From contig OZ024741.1 of the NCBI GenBank assembly GCA_964016885.1, forward strand, positions 64,790,001-64,854,000: a stretch of DNA of 64,000 bases, given 5' to 3'. Positions 13,761 to 28,249 of this stretch are shown here, piece by piece. Both the position numbers and the translations under genes were made by a program. The first letter of the stretch is position 1. Each line of letters starts with the position of its first letter. Under the pieces are notes generated by a model. That model made no database searches and was not told the DNA's origin. It saw only the letters and a program-made list of their open reading frames with translations. Source of the stretch: Eledone cirrhosa (Eukaryota).

Positions 13761-16107
13761 TGATAGCTTAGTGATCACAGTTAAAATATTCATAGTGAGA
13801 CCTTTGTACATGTATCATACATAAACCTTCATATACACCTCTATTACGAAACATGTTATGTTAGTGCTACTGCTAATTAATCCAAGCCAGTCAAGTTCAC
13901 ACTATATGCAAATGAGCATCCACAACCAATATTTCATGGGCAAAAAAAGTATATAAGCTATAGCTTATTCTTGTTTCAGTACTGAGTGGGTAAACGTCAC
14001 TTATGATGACTAAAAAAACAGAAACACATCTGACATGCTCATAGCAAAACTCTTGTATGTTTATTATACATAAACATATTATATAAACCTTCATATGTAC
14101 ACCTAATATTAAATGGTTGAATATAGCTTGTCAACCAAATTACACTTACAAGGTGTTGGTTGACCTGAGGCTATAGAAGACATTTATTTACCCAAGGTAC
14201 CACACAATGGGATCAAACCCAAAATAACATGACAGCCAAACAAATTTCTAAATCTCACGACCATGCCAATCAGAAGAGGGCAGGTAGACATACTGTATTA
14301 GGTGAGAAGGTACGGCTAATGATAAAAGTTCACAGTGGATGAAAATAGCTAATGGAAATATTCTCAGTATATGAAAATATCTATAAAAACCTGTAAAAAC
14401 AGCTATGAAATCTATATCTGTAAAAACTATGTCTTACTGATTTAGATCTTATCGAAGGACTATATGATTCTAGATATTGGGAATTAAGAATTTGCAACAA
14501 GCACCAAAAAATAAAAATAGAAATAACTATACCAGAATATGTTATACTAATATGAGAAAGATCGAGTTCAGATAATCAAAATATTATATTGAACATAAAA
14601 GAAGTTACAAGTGAATTTGTCACATTATTATGATATCTAATGTTAAATCTAATTATGAAGGAAGTAAATCAGATTATATCATAAAAATCACCAAAATTGC
14701 AATACATGTCCTTTTCTCCTCGTATAGAATTAATATCATACTCAATAGTGTCAAATGATTATGGAAGAAGGAAACTTTTGGAAAATTGAGCTCTCAATAA
14801 ATTTAGTTGTCAGAGTTAAATTTCAATCTTTTTTGTGTTATTCTTGAAAAGATCGAATAATTCAAAGGTATGTGGTGTTATTTATTTTGTTTTGATACTC
14901 TTACTTGTGTATTGAGTACTTTATAAATGTTGCTGGTTTGAACATTAGTTCTAAGAAGTTATATTACGATAGATTTTGTTGAAGATTGAAGCTATTTAAC
15001 TCTTAACATGCTGTAATGACAGCATAAAATATCTTTAAAAAATAAGTTTATTAATTTAAATGTTAATAGTGTCTTTAGTAGTAGGCAGATCATTATGAAA
15101 ATTTGCATTATTAGAGTAAAGACTTTAGTTTTTACTATGAAGCAGTCATGGGGTGGTAGACTAGCAACATTGGTATAGCATCGGATAAATTGCAATTGCA
15201 GGTTTTCTTCTGGCTCTTTACCATATGTGCTCAAATCTTGTTATGGTAAACTTTGTGGTCGATAAAATAAAGTACCAGTCAAGTACTGGGGTTGAGCTAA
15301 TCAACTTTGCCCTGCCTCCAAATTTGGTGGCCTTATGCCCAAATTAAATGATGCCATTGAATGGTAATTTCTACTTTTCAAGAATGTTCTGTACTGCATT
15401 AGCAAGACAGAGTTAACTAAATTTAGGAAAAGTATGAATATAATGTTGCATGAATATTCTATTTTCCTTTCCTCTTAAGTAAATAGGACTAATCACTATT
15501 AATGGACACCAGTGATTAGAAATAATACAACAACAACAAGCATTTTAAGGCCATTTTCAATATTCTGATCTGATGATTGACTTCTTTCTTGCTACATATA
15601 TGGACATCCTAGTCTGCATATTAGAAATTCCCCATGAATAATTGGCATAAAGTCTCATCAACACACTCCACAGATATGCTGTTTACTCGCTGCCATTTCT
15701 ACAGCTATTAAAAGTACCTCTGTTCCTTCAAGTTGGCAGGTCATGTTCCTCCTCTACCCAGATTCACCTAACCATAATGTCACCCCCCTGGACACCTCTT
15801 CCCATATTTTCCCTGCAGTTGTTCATAAAGAACACCAACTGCATTGATTTTACTGGTCAGGTCAGACACACTCTTCCTTGCAAACCATAAAAAAATAAAA
15901 ATATACTGTAGGGTCTTTTTATTTCAATACACCGCATTGGTTTGTTGAATAAAATCTCTTAATTAAAAAGTATTCAAAATCACTTGAACTGGTGCAGAAC
16001 ATCAAAGTTAGGTGTAGAAATGACCATTAGTTTGTTTAAGTGTATAGTCCTAACTAGTGCTATTTTATATCAAGCAGCAAGTATTATTAATGTTTGGTAC
16101 CTTCAAC

Positions 16108-16317
16108 CAGGCATGTCAAACATGCGGCCCACGGACCGCACACGGCCCTTTACAAGCACACCTGCGACCCGCACAAAAGTTTTTACAGCACAAGCATGTT
16201 TTATCTTTGTAACATAAAATAAAAAAAAAATGTGTTGTACTGTGCACAATTAGTTGTTGCGTGTAGCCCTCAGACAACACATATGTGACCCATGTGACCC
16301 TCAGTTGGACATGTCTG
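16108..16317. mobile_element. hAT-Charlie-type MITE
   Basis: TIRs CAGGCATGTCAAAC / GTTGGACATGTCTG; 8-bp TSD ccttcaac / ccttagac; internal GCGGCCC-like subrepeats. Confidence 0.75.
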
Positions 16318-16684
16318 CCTTAGACAATACTAAAACTGAGGGATGTATTTTTTTCTTTTTTCTTGGTTTCTAATTTAGGCACAAAGGCCAGCAATTTTAA
16401 AAGGGAGAGGAAGGTTGATTATTTCAACCCCTACTAAGTACTTTACTGGTAATTTATTTTATCGACTTTGGTGGGATTTGAACTCAGAATGTAAAGTGCT
16501 GTAACTAAATGCCATAAAGCAGTTTGTCTGGCACCACAACGATTCTGCTAAATAATAAAAGAGAAAAGCGCCGTTAACTATGGTCAAGAAAATCCACAAC
16601 TGTTATAAAGAAGAGTTCATTATCAATTACATAACTTATTAGAAAAAAACATCACTACTGCCATCCCCAAAACAACTTTCTTAC

Positions 16685-16773
16685 CTTTGTATAAGTTGCC
16701 GTCTGAAGATGATCTGATTGTGGTGGTCCAGAAGATCTCCGAGGTTCAAAGTTATATCCTCGGAGAGGAGAAA
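16685..16773 (-). CDS. Internal coding exon, 89 nt (xSPLRGYNFEPRRSSGPPQSDHLQTATYTK)
   Basis: Acceptor tttttactatattttcag and donor AAG|gtaaga. GC-richer non-repetitive island. Phase 1 in, phase 0 out keeps the frame open with both neighbouring exons. Confidence 0.7.
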
Positions 16774-18850
16774 CTGAAAATATAGTAAAAAAGGAAGACT
16801 AATGGTTATTTAAGCGACTAATACAGTTCAAAGAGTTTGTCAATTTTTACAATTAATATTTCACAGCTGTTTCCGTTTTGGATATGTTTGTGTGTGCTGA
16901 AACATTAATACAATATTAAAGTATTAAGCATGTTAAATAATTATTTCTATAACTAGCTAATTGTTTGTACCTTATCTTTAATAAACTGCAACACCTCTAG
17001 TTGTGGTGGGTAATTGAGTGTGCATGTTTTCTCCCATTTAAAAAAATATAAATTGTATTTATTTACTTTTTCAGTACACATGCATTTTATATATATATAT
17101 ACCATTTACGTTAGTTTGTTTACCAATGGGTAGGTCTGGTGCAAGAATGGAGTTAAGTATTTATTAAAACAATCTCAGAAGGTCGGACTGGAAAATTTAC
17201 TTTAGAATTTTGATTTTGCGAAAGCACTTCGATGGCCCAGTTCTATCATCCGATTATAATGCAAGACTAGACAATATCATCCGGTGATATTTGCAGAATT
17301 ATATAACAGGATTATGTTGAACCCAAACAGAGAATAGAAAATAAAGGACCGATTCGACTCAGGGACAGCCTGCCAATTCAGTGTTATGTCGATGACAGAT
17401 GGTCCCTATATATATATATATATCATCATCATCTCATTTTACGTCCACTTTTCCCTGCTTGCAAGGGTGGGACGGGAACTGATTCTGGCTTGATTTCTAC
17501 AGCTGGATGCCCTTCCTAACACCAACCTCATTTACAGTGAGTGCTGGGTGCTTTTTTGCCGTGGCACCTCCACGACCACTTTGCAGTGGAATGATAGGGA
17601 CCCCAATCCCTATCATCTCATTTCTACAGCTGAGTAAACTGGAGCAATGTGAAATAAAGTGCCTTGCTCAAGGAAACAACACATCACCCGGTCTGAGAAT
17701 TGAACTCACAACCTTTTGATTGCAAGGCCAATGCTCTAACCACTAAGCCATGTGCCTCCATAATATATATATATATATAATAAGGAAATTATATAGAATA
17801 AGGAAAATGCGAAGTTGTTGTAGATGTTAAAGTGTCCTTTATTGATAAGGCTGTGATACATATTTCAATCACTACAGTGGCCACATGATTTCATTGAATT
17901 GCATCAATGTTTACCATAAGTATATATATATATATATATCTCGAATGATTGATTGGAAAAATTGTAGTGAAGTAAAACCAAACTAAATTTAATCAATTTA
18001 AAGCACTAGGCCCAGATATAAAGGAAGCTGAAACCATATTTTATTACTGAATAAAATAACAGTTTGAAAGCCAAAGAAAGAAAAATGATTGAAGCCAACC
18101 AAAGTTACTTCCCTTAATACGCATATTCCCTAAAATAAAAATATGAGGGGGGGGGGGGGGGGGGGGGGCTGGAATTTACCGTCCGTAAAGTTTAAACTTT
18201 TGTAGATGGAGAACCAGAGAAACTGTGTTATTACAGCGATAATAAAATCTACAGGCTCATTTGAAAGTAAAGCGAAAACGTGCACCAGCATTTATTATTT
18301 TTTACATATCCGGTTGAAGTCGTTTAGCTCACCACCGCAACAGTCCTGATAAAGCAGACCTATAATTGAATATATAGCCATAACTATTCCAATTTGTCCA
18401 GATATGGTTTCTGTCATTAAACTAAAGGTCGTAATAGAGCACTGCCCTTCAGGAATATAGGCGATCATATCGACCTCAAAGTTTTTATTTTTCCTCTTTT
18501 TTCTTTCGTGAGCTATCAATTAAATTTACCTCCGAATATACTGCAAAGGACTTTTCTCCTGGTAAACGGAGGGTGGAGATCCTCAGACTTTTCACTGCCG
18601 GGAATTTCCTTTACTAGTTTCCCCCTGTGCTACTAACTAATCTTACCGTTAAACATGCCACAAAATACTTTTTCCTTAGGAAAACCGAAGGGGGGGGGGA
18701 TACTTTAGCCCCTAACTCCAACGGGAAAAAAAGGTCCTTTAAAGCATATTCGGCGGGGATAAGGTAAGTTTAAATGATAGCACACACAAGAAAAAAAAAA
18801 GAAGAGAAATAATCATTTCCCAATTAAATCAGTGGGAGTGTTCTATACCT

Positions 18851-18955
18851 TTTTTTTCAAATCTAGAAACTTATTTTATTGATTTTTTTTCAAATCTGGA
18901 AACTTATTTTATTGATTTTTTTTCAAATCTGGAAACTTATTTTATTGATTTTTAT
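18851..18955. repeat. Tandem repeat of about 32 bp, 3 copies
   Basis: tttttttcaaatct(a/g)gaaacttattttattga. Confidence 0.9.
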
Positions 18956-19407
18956 TTGCAAACCATTAACTTACGTACGGGACATTAACCATAGACACAG
19001 ATACGGACACATACATATGCACAACGATCTTCCGAAATGAACCCATTAACCATGCAACAATCCATCCACATACACACACACATTATATACATAATAGTTT
19101 CTACTTTAGGCACAAGGCCAGCAATTGTACATTACTGGTACTTTATTTTATCGACCCCGTAAGGATGAAAGGCAAAGTTAATAGCACCACTGACGATGTT
19201 GCAACGAAAGAACTTTGTTAGACTATATATACGGTATGTGTTTGTGTCTATATTATATCTGTATATTTGACCGTTGGTCAGTCAATGGTAAACATTGAGG
19301 ACCGAATAAATTAACTGATATAAAAGATACAGAAGCGAAAACCAACCAAACAGTGAGTGTGTTCTGTTATTAATTCTGGCAATATTATTACAATATGACC
19401 CTCCCCG

Positions 19408-19464
<57 letters not shown>

Positions 19465-20629
19465 GAGTAATATCGCCATACTAACGTATCGATTGACGCT
19501 CCTGGTGAGGTGTTTGGTTATTCAAGTGCTTTAGCCACGCTATCACTCACGTTGATAAATTGTAAAGCTTTGCATAAGAGGTACAACGTCGGTTCCGGCG
19601 ATGAGTGTTCCATGTGATTGAATCAACAGAACAACCTGCTCATGAAATTAACGTGCTGAGCATTCCACAAACATGAGCACCCTTAACGCAACTCTCAGGG
19701 AGATTCAAAATAACTGTGTGACATGGCTGTCCCTTTGAATTACAGGTACAAATCATTTCTGCCTACCGAATGAACTAGAGCAATGTAAAATAAAGTATCT
19801 TGTTCTAGGACACATGCTGCCCAGTCCAGTAATTGAACTTACAACTCTACAATCGTGAGTCTAGCACCCTAACCACTAAAGCTTCACTAAAGTTTTGCAT
19901 TAGCTTGTCTGTTAAAATAAGTTTATAGGAAGTAGAAGAAAATTTTGAAATACGCTAGCAAGCAATGAGCATCACTTCACGCTAAATTTCAATATTTGTT
20001 TCAATGTCATTTTAAAGTGTCAAAAACAGCCCTGAAATTATTTCCCTTAATCCTTTCGATACCAAACTGCCTAACACCTCCCCTGGTTCTATGATACTAT
20101 GCTATTTATGCTAGTGTTTATGCTAATAAGAAAATTAGTTATATTTCTAAATCTCTCTAATTTTTTTATTTTCAAAATTATTTGAAAATTATAGGCAGTG
20201 CATACGATTAAATTATATATCATCATTAGCATATGTTCATTCTCCAAGCTTAGATGATTTTAACCAGTCAGTTCCAGTTAGTGTCTTACTATCTTTGATA
20301 GTCCTTCGAAGTTATGTATTTTTGGCATGATTTACAGTGTACGCCTTTCCTATAACCAATCACTTTATAGTATGAATAGGGTGCATTTTATTGTGCTACT
20401 GGCACTACAGAGGTTAAAGGACCCCTCTACCCTGCATAAATATATATTCAGAGTTACTGTTCTCCTAGAGAGCTTGTTCCCATGAGTCTGGCAGAGTCCA
20501 TCTTTTCACCCCATCCTCTTTTATGTGTGTGTGTGTGTGTGGGGGGGGGGGGTATTGTCACTTACCAGTGACATCATACTTATCATCCTCTTTACCCCAA
20601 CACTTCGGTTGAGGCAATGACTCACAACC

Positions 20630-21075
20630 TCCCTAGTGCTGGTGCCACGATGAAACACACCAAATACACCCTGTAAGGTGACTGACAATAGGAAGGGCAT
20701 CCAGCTGCAGAAATCATGACAAAAAGGTTTGAGAGGACACTTCAGTGTATCAAGACCACAACAACCTTTCTAGTGTTGGTGACATGATAAAACGGACCCA
20801 GTACACTCTGTAAAGTAACTGGTGACAGGAAGGGCACCCAGCTGTAGAAAACTTACCAAGAAAAGAATAGGCAGGGCACTTTAGTTGTGTCAATGGCATG
20901 ATAACCTTCTTAGTGCTGGTGTCATGATAAAATGCACGAACACAAGTGAAATGAGGTCTCATCCTATTTAAGAGATCAGTGGTTCCGATTAAGTACTGAC
21001 TTGGTCTGTAATAACCTGTCCATCCTTGCCAGTAGGAAAAACGGACATTAAATAATGACGACGATGATGATGATA
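20630..21075 (+). mobile_element. SINE-like repeat with aggaagggcatccagctg core and RTE-like (gat)n tail, internally repeated (relatives at about 3810-3930, 9834-10080, 17423-17580, 35980-36140)
   Basis: Unit of about 125-130 bp (tagtgctggtg.ca.gat.aaa...ctgtaa.gt.act...aggaagggca.ccagctg) repeated 2-3 times. Confidence 0.55.
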
Positions 21076-23617
21076 AATAAATAGGTTGCTTTCTTCTGTT
21101 GAATAAGGGTTAGGTTGATTCAATATTTACAACTCTTAAAATAACATTGTTAGTAAATCAACAAATACAATTTTTTTTAGAGCGAACAATAAACAAGCAT
21201 CACAGCCAGGAAATGGGCTGACAGATAACATTACTACTAAATGATAATATTACACTGTATAAATGTTAATAATAGCAAATGAAATCATTCACACATGCAT
21301 GCTATTAAATAATGTGCTTGATGCATGTGTTTATGATATCAATTCTGAACTTATGACATCTGTAATTTATTTCCAACAACTGACTGCTAGGTTGTGACCT
21401 GTATTACTTTAATAGAATCCCTTTCTTGATTCTACTTCACCAACCAGTCATCCATGCATGTTATGTAATAAGATTTCATTCAGATGGGACAACTTGCGTA
21501 CAAAAATGACTAAGAAAAAAACTTGTTAAAAAAAAAAGTTCTATATGGTTATTTACTGAAATCCTTTTAATCCAAGAAAATCCAAGAAAAACCCCCCAAA
21601 AAACAATGAAAAATAAAAATCAAACAACCATGTATTCCATTCAGCTGAATTCATTTTTTGTTTAAAAAGGAAAGAAAAAAAGCGCGTTGATTGTCTCTCC
21701 AGATTACAAACTTTGTTGCCACGATTTTGCCACGTTTTAACTTAAAACCTGTACCACACGAAACCGCATTACTAAGGCATTCTTGAAAAGTACAAAACAG
21801 AACTATGACTGCATCGCATTACAAATTGAAAACTTTAGTTTTATGCAAATTTTCACAATCTCTAAACATTTAAATTAACTTTGTTTTTAAATATTTTCTG
21901 CTAAAACATTACAGGATGTTAAGGGTTAAGACAATGTAAATAACAAGAAACTTCATAGTTTTAATTACTTAGATTTCACTATTGAAGATATTTGAAAAGT
22001 TGTTTATCTCTCTCTCTTTCATATAAATGTGTGCGTGCGTGTTTGTGTTTATGCCCATCTCTTGGCATATTTTAAGATCTAATTACGTGACGCAGTCTAA
22101 ACACTAAAAAATGTACTCTGTACAGAAAAAAAGGAGAAAAGCAACAAACAATTAAGTTCTATGGAGCATCCCATTACAGTAGACATCACGTAAGTCAGTA
22201 ATTCTATCCTTCCAATTATTGCACAAATGCAGCTAGCATCGGTAACTAGAGTAGTTTTATAAAGAATTAAATCAACTATAAAAAGAAAAACAAAACAAAT
22301 CTCTACATTAGCTTTTAGGAATCTTATAGACTTGATTGTATGATGGACGTTCTGTGAATCTGGAGAAACAATATATATTCCATTTCACTGACATGTTTCT
22401 CATGTGACAACATTTTTATTAACAGGTTAAAAAGACCCCTTCATACTTTTCAATTAGATTATTGCCATGAGGTATACTGCTTCCAATGTTTTAGTTGATC
22501 ATATCGACCCCAATAGTAGTATTTGCTTTATTGATATCTTTTTTGGTTAAATTATGGGACATAAAACAAAGATATATACATAGTCACATCATGGGTGTCT
22601 GCAGAGTTTCTGTCTACCAAATTTCACTTACAAGACATTATTAAGAGCGATGGATATTTGTTCCGGCTCTCTGCATTCCGAGTTCAAATCCTACTGAAAT
22701 CCACTTTGCCTTTCACCCATTCGAGGTCACTAAAGAAAGTACCAGTTCAGGGCGCATCAGTCCTCTCTCCTCCTATGTTTTGCTGGATCAAGGGAGAGAG
22801 GGTCAACAGGGTGACTACATGGGCACCTAAATCCCCTAGTAAAAGCATGGTACATACAACCGAATTATACTCGATTGCGAGTGATAGATGTACTTTATGT
22901 ACGTACAATAGCACAAGGCCAATTTCTGTATGGGCAGTGATAAAAGTGATAGAATCAATCAGGGTTGACAGATTGGTCGAGTTAAAAGTAGTAGATTACA
23001 ATATATTTTATGACAATACAACACAAATTTATTATAACATTTCCGTTACTTACAAAATATGGAAGGTGACTACAGCCTGCCAATTTTCTATTATATTTCA
23101 AAAGTTATATTAACCATTTCGTTACCATATTTCTAAAATTATTATTTATTTCATTACTAAGATAGTATTTATAACAACAAAAGATTCTTATACTAAATAA
23201 TGCTGGAAGGTTTTAATTTAAATAGGAATCCTTTAAAATGGGTGGGAGGGGTATAAAAAGGGTCAATGATATTTTTGGCCAATCAGTAACATTCACGGGC
23301 AAATGATATCTGTTTTACCATATTCTGAAATACTTTGACATGTATTGTATTATGAATGTACTATCATGTATTATAGTATGGATGTACTATCATGGAAAAG
23401 CAAGTCACGGAGACACTATAATTACTACTAAATTATATTATTTGATGGCGTAATTTACCAATATCTCCTTATAATATATAACCAGCAATTTCTCTGTCTG
23501 TCTGTCCGACAGTGGAAACACGTGCGCGCGCGCGAATGTTTTTTGCGCACGCGACGCGTAGAGAGAGACTACAAGAGGGGGATAGCGGGAAGGAGAGAGG
23601 GGGGAATTGAGGAGTGC

Positions 23618-23817
23618 TACAGAAACATATATACATTTCTGTGTGTGTGTAATATATATATATATATACACACAGAAATATATATACATTTCTGTGTGTG
23701 TAATATATATATATATATATACACACACACAGAAATATATATACATTTCTGTGTGTGTAATATATATATATATATACATACATACACACACACACAGAAA
23801 TATATATATATATTTCC

Positions 23818-23863
<46 letters not shown>

Positions 23864-23960
23864 CACACACAGAAATGTATATATATTTCTGTGTGTATAT
23901 ATATATATATATTACACACAGAAATGTATATATATATACACACAGAAATATATATATACA
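23618..23960. repeat. Self-complementary minisatellite (second block at 24495-24645)
   Basis: Unit ACACACAGAAAT-atatatac-ATTTCTGTGTGT separated by (TA)n. Confidence 0.9.
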
Positions 23961-24574
23961 TCCCTTAGCTACTGTACTGTATCTGTTGCTATCTCTCTCT
24001 CTCCAGCTAGCCCTCTCTTTTTGTCTGTCTGTTTCTCTCACTCTTTCTCTTTGTAACACACTAACATCCCTCCCCTCTATCGCTGTGACGAATGGGGAGA
24101 TGGAGGAGGAGAGAGTCACTTCGTCACTTCACCTCTGCCTTTCTTTTTCTCCCCTCTCACTCCCTCATTACGTACAGACATTAGCGCGGTGGATTGGCAG
24201 AATCTGTAGAGAGTCGGACACCATGCTTCATAGCATGGAGTTACGTCCCTTTACGGTATGGGTTCAAATACCGCCGAGGTTAACTTTGCCTTTCATCCTC
24301 ACGGGGTCGATAAAATAAAGTACCAGTAATGTACTGGGTAATTGCTGGCCTTGTACCAAAAGTAGAAACAATTATTAGAAACATTGCTTCATTTTTACAT
24401 ATCTAAGCATTAGGAAAATAACTAATAATTTCAAAAGTAATTTTTCAATTTCAATTGTTATGAACAGCAAAACATTAATAATAATTTTGTTCTAAGAAAT
24501 ATATATATACATTTCTGTGTGTGTAATATATATATATATACACACACAGAAATATATATACATTTCTGTGTGTG

Positions 24575-24637
<63 letters not shown>

Positions 24638-25170
24638 GAAATATATGGTCATTTCTCTGTTTGTCTTTCTGTCTGTCTGTCCTTCCCTAAAACTCAAATG
24701 TAGGTGCTACAGAAATATTACCTTCCCCTTCCTTTCTCCACTTTGGTACTACCAAGAGAAACACTGTCGCTATAGAAACATTACCTTCCCCTCTCCACTG
24801 ACTTTGGTCACTGAGGCCGAGGGAATCGCTGGTTGCTATAGAGACACCTTGCACAAGCCAGAAGTAACCAGTTCGAGGCGGTTCTGACTTGACACCATGG
24901 CAAGGACCATTTGAAGATATATTTCCATCATTATATCATAACGTTTATATTTCCGTCACTAATCTCTTTTTCTCCTTTTTCGTTTTAACATATATTTATT
25001 TCAAAGATTTCACCGTATAGATAACATATATATTTATACATGCATAAAAGACACACCGAGAGACGGTGAACATGTGGTGCCGAAAACATTTATCATCCAA
25101 ATCTCAACAATATCAGTATATACACTAGATTTGCTAGCAGAAAACCGCCCACCGGGTGGTTTTCTGCTAG

Positions 25171-25858
25171 TCTATATATATATAAAACTGAGTATGTCTG
25201 TCTGTGTGTGTGAGTTTGAATCCCTAAAACTCAAGAAGCACCCAACCGACTGTTTTCAAACTTTACACATGTAATACTTATGTTTCAGGGAGTGTTCTGA
25301 GCAAAAACTTTTCAAACTTTCAATGTCCTAGGGACCGCATTAGGCGATTTGGTGATCTCTCTCTATAATTCTTAGTCTTTCTCTTTTTAGATAGATACAT
25401 ACATATAACGTCGCGCCCTTATAATATCTGTCTGTCTGTCTGTCTGCATTACGTCACTTCCCTGAGGATGTCTGCCTGTGTGTGTGTGAAAGTTTGAATC
25501 CCTAAAACTCAAGAAGTACCCAACCGACCTTTTTCAAACTTTACATGTGTATTACTTATGTTTCAGGGAGTGTTATGCACATAAAAAAATTCAACTTTTT
25601 CATCCCCTAGGTATTAAGTGAAAAACTTCATTTTTTCAGCTTTTTAGGGATTTTTTGAGGCGTTACGTCTAGCCGATTTTCCCGAAATTTCAAGGCATAT
25701 TATGCACATAAAAAAATTCATTTTCTTGATCCCCTAGGGCCTGCATTAGGTGAAAACCTGCATTTTTCCTGCTTCATCGAGTAAAATCTTAAAGATTATC
25801 TAGCCATCAGAGTATTCGGTTTATTTTCTTTACATGCAACGCCGGGTACCACTGCTAG
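25171..25858 (+). mobile_element. Non-autonomous Helitron-like element
   Basis: 5' TCTATATATATATAAAACTGAG followed by a (tctg)/(tg) tract. 3' gcaacgccgggtaccactgCTAG|t. Internal duplication of about 130 bp (25195-25320 vs 25468-25600). Confidence 0.7.
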
Positions 25859-28249
25859 TAGTCCATAAAAGTAATGAATAAATTAAGAGTCACAGACTTA
25901 CTTTCCATTGAAATTTATTGTAATATTAATAGTTTATTGCTGATTACATCACACAATATCTGCTACAGTACCACTTATTTATTATATTACATGCTCTGAA
26001 TAAATTGTTCAAGCAATCATTACATGTGCGCGTTAATATTTTAAAATATTTTCAGCAAAAGCATGGCCATGTGGTTAAGGAATTTACTTTGCAAACACTT
26101 GCTTTCAAGTTCACCTTTGGCAACCACAAACGTGTATGTGTGTGTCGACAGGGCAAAAAAGTGAAGCTTATCATAGGACTTGCAATGTTAAACACTCCTT
26201 TACAAGGGGAAATAGCCGTAAGCTTTTTGTGATTGTATTTCTAATGAAATTCACGAAGAATGTTGGTCTACTGGGTGCTGAAGCAGAGTCCACACCGTTG
26301 TAAGGATTCAGGACAGGTCTTCGTTTTGAAGACCTCTCTTTCCTCCACAAGTCTCTGTGGCTCTGAAAAAAAGGTCATGGACACTGTCTTCATCTCCCAG
26401 ACTAAACAGTGTGTGTATGGATGTGTTTTTACACAGCATGACCGATTAGTTAAGGGAGTTTGCTTCGTAATCATTAGTTCATGGTTCAATCCCATTGCAT
26501 GACATCCTGGGAATGTGTCATTTACCATACCTTGTGAGAGAAATTTAGCTAGACGGAATCTGCTTGTAATTCAAAGGCTGTCTCTTTGAATTACAGACAC
26601 TGTGCAAGATTGAATCTCTCTGAGAATTAAGTTATTGGTACACGTGTCTGTGGAATGCTCAGCCAGTTGTACATTTATTCCGTCGATCGAACAACCAGAA
26701 CACTCATTGGCAGAAGTCCATCCCATACATTCATGCAAATATATAAATCACTACTGCATGTTTTATACAGTCAAGTACATCGGTTATATGATTCATGTGC
26801 AAAAGATACAAATTAATTAAATAAAATGCCTCCAGCTACTAAATTCCATTCTCTTGAGATTGTTATTATTCATGATGGAGTCGGAGGGGTGCCGTCTTGA
26901 ACACGGCGTTTCTTGGACATTTTAAAACTGGCAGAACCCACCCATATCCTCAGGTCTTAACACAGCCAATTTCTTCTTGGGGGAGAAAGAAAGAGAAAGA
27001 GAAATAAATAAATATAGAGAAAGAATCGACCCCGAAAGGATAAAGGGGAAAGTTGATCTCGGTGGGTTAAGAACACAGAGAATGGGAATAAATACCACAA
27101 AAAATTCTATCAGATGCTCTATAGAGAGACTGCCAATTCTTTTGGAATAGTACAAAATAAAAAAAACTTAAAAAAATGAGAAAGAAAAAGATTCGGCGAA
27201 TCTAATGAAATGTAACAAAAAGGTCAAGTATATAGTTTAATATTTGTTTATTTAGGGAAAATAATTTTTTTATGGGATTATGTCAACTTCCATATTCCGA
27301 ATTAATGGAGAAATAATCAGATTATCCACGAAAACAATGTAAGAATGGTTAGCAGCGGGGGATATTAGCTAAACACTGCTAAATACCTTATTACTAGAGT
27401 AGTGCATAAATTAACCTACAAAAGCACCAAAGAGAGACAAGAGTAAAGAAACACATGGCCTGCTGATTATATAAACCGCGGGAGACGACCGCATGGCAAT
27501 ATATATGTTGTCTATTTAACTATTACGAAGGGATGGTAGTAGTAAACAGAGAAAACAAAGAGCGGGAAGGTCAAGGTAGAAAGGGTGTATGTTTTAGTAT
27601 GTTGTAGAAAGAAATAGTACTAGTCAAGGTTGATAAATAAAATTAAGCCCGTTTGTTTCATTTTTGCTTTTCAGAAGAAAATAAACAAATAAAATCAAGA
27701 GGAGAGAGACGGGAGGGCGGGAGAGAGAGGGGGAGGGCGGGAGAGAGAGGGCGGGAGAGAGAGGGGGAGGGCGGGAGAGAGAGGGGGCGGGGGGAGAGAG
27801 GGGAGAAAGAGAGAGGGATGGAGTGGGGGATAGAACCACCCTCAGTATTGGACTAGTATTTCATCGACCTTGAAAGCAAGATAAATTGCAAAGTTGGGCT
27901 CGGCGGGATTTGAATTGAGAGTGCAGTGAGCTAAAACAAATATCCAGGCATGTTTAATCCGTCGCTCTATCGACTCTGAAACATAGCTGTACAATGTGGT
28001 TATGCTGAACGTCACCCGAATGAAGTCAATGAAGTCAAATGTATTTACAAGAAGTTTAGACACAGAAAAAAAAGCAAAAATATTTTACAACTAAAAATAC
28101 GCATCATTTATCCGAATGTATTCGTATAGAGACTACAAGGCAACAAGGTGGAAAAGCTCAAGTATGCCGAGACCGTGTTCACGAGTGATGAAAGGCAAGA
28201 GGTGGTGCAGAAATGCGCCAGCTTCAGCATTCAGTAATCAGAGGGGAGG

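Noticed and set aside
14330-14700. Possible very old LINE RT fragment
   Set aside because: No motif could be read convincingly.
16685-16773. Alternative open frame FLLSEDITLNLGDLLDHHNQIIFRRQLIQ
   Set aside because: It hits a stop in the next exon and does not fit the phase-1 upstream exon.
17830-17910. Minus-strand AATCA..TGATT-GAAA-TATGTA-TC remnant
   Set aside because: The 5' core is too degenerate (TCAATGA).
19186-19220. CTGACGA-TGTTGCAAC-GAAA hammerhead-like string
   Set aside because: Stem II has almost no loop and stem I is weak; cannot be distinguished from chance or heavy decay.
22595-23113. 172-aa plus-strand ORF
   Set aside because: Runs through SINE fragments, has a non-ATG start and no recognisable domain.
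27708-27830. G-rich GGGAGGGCGGGAGAGAGA repeats with G4 potential
   Set aside because: Expanded (GA)n tract adjoining a SINE; no evidence of function.
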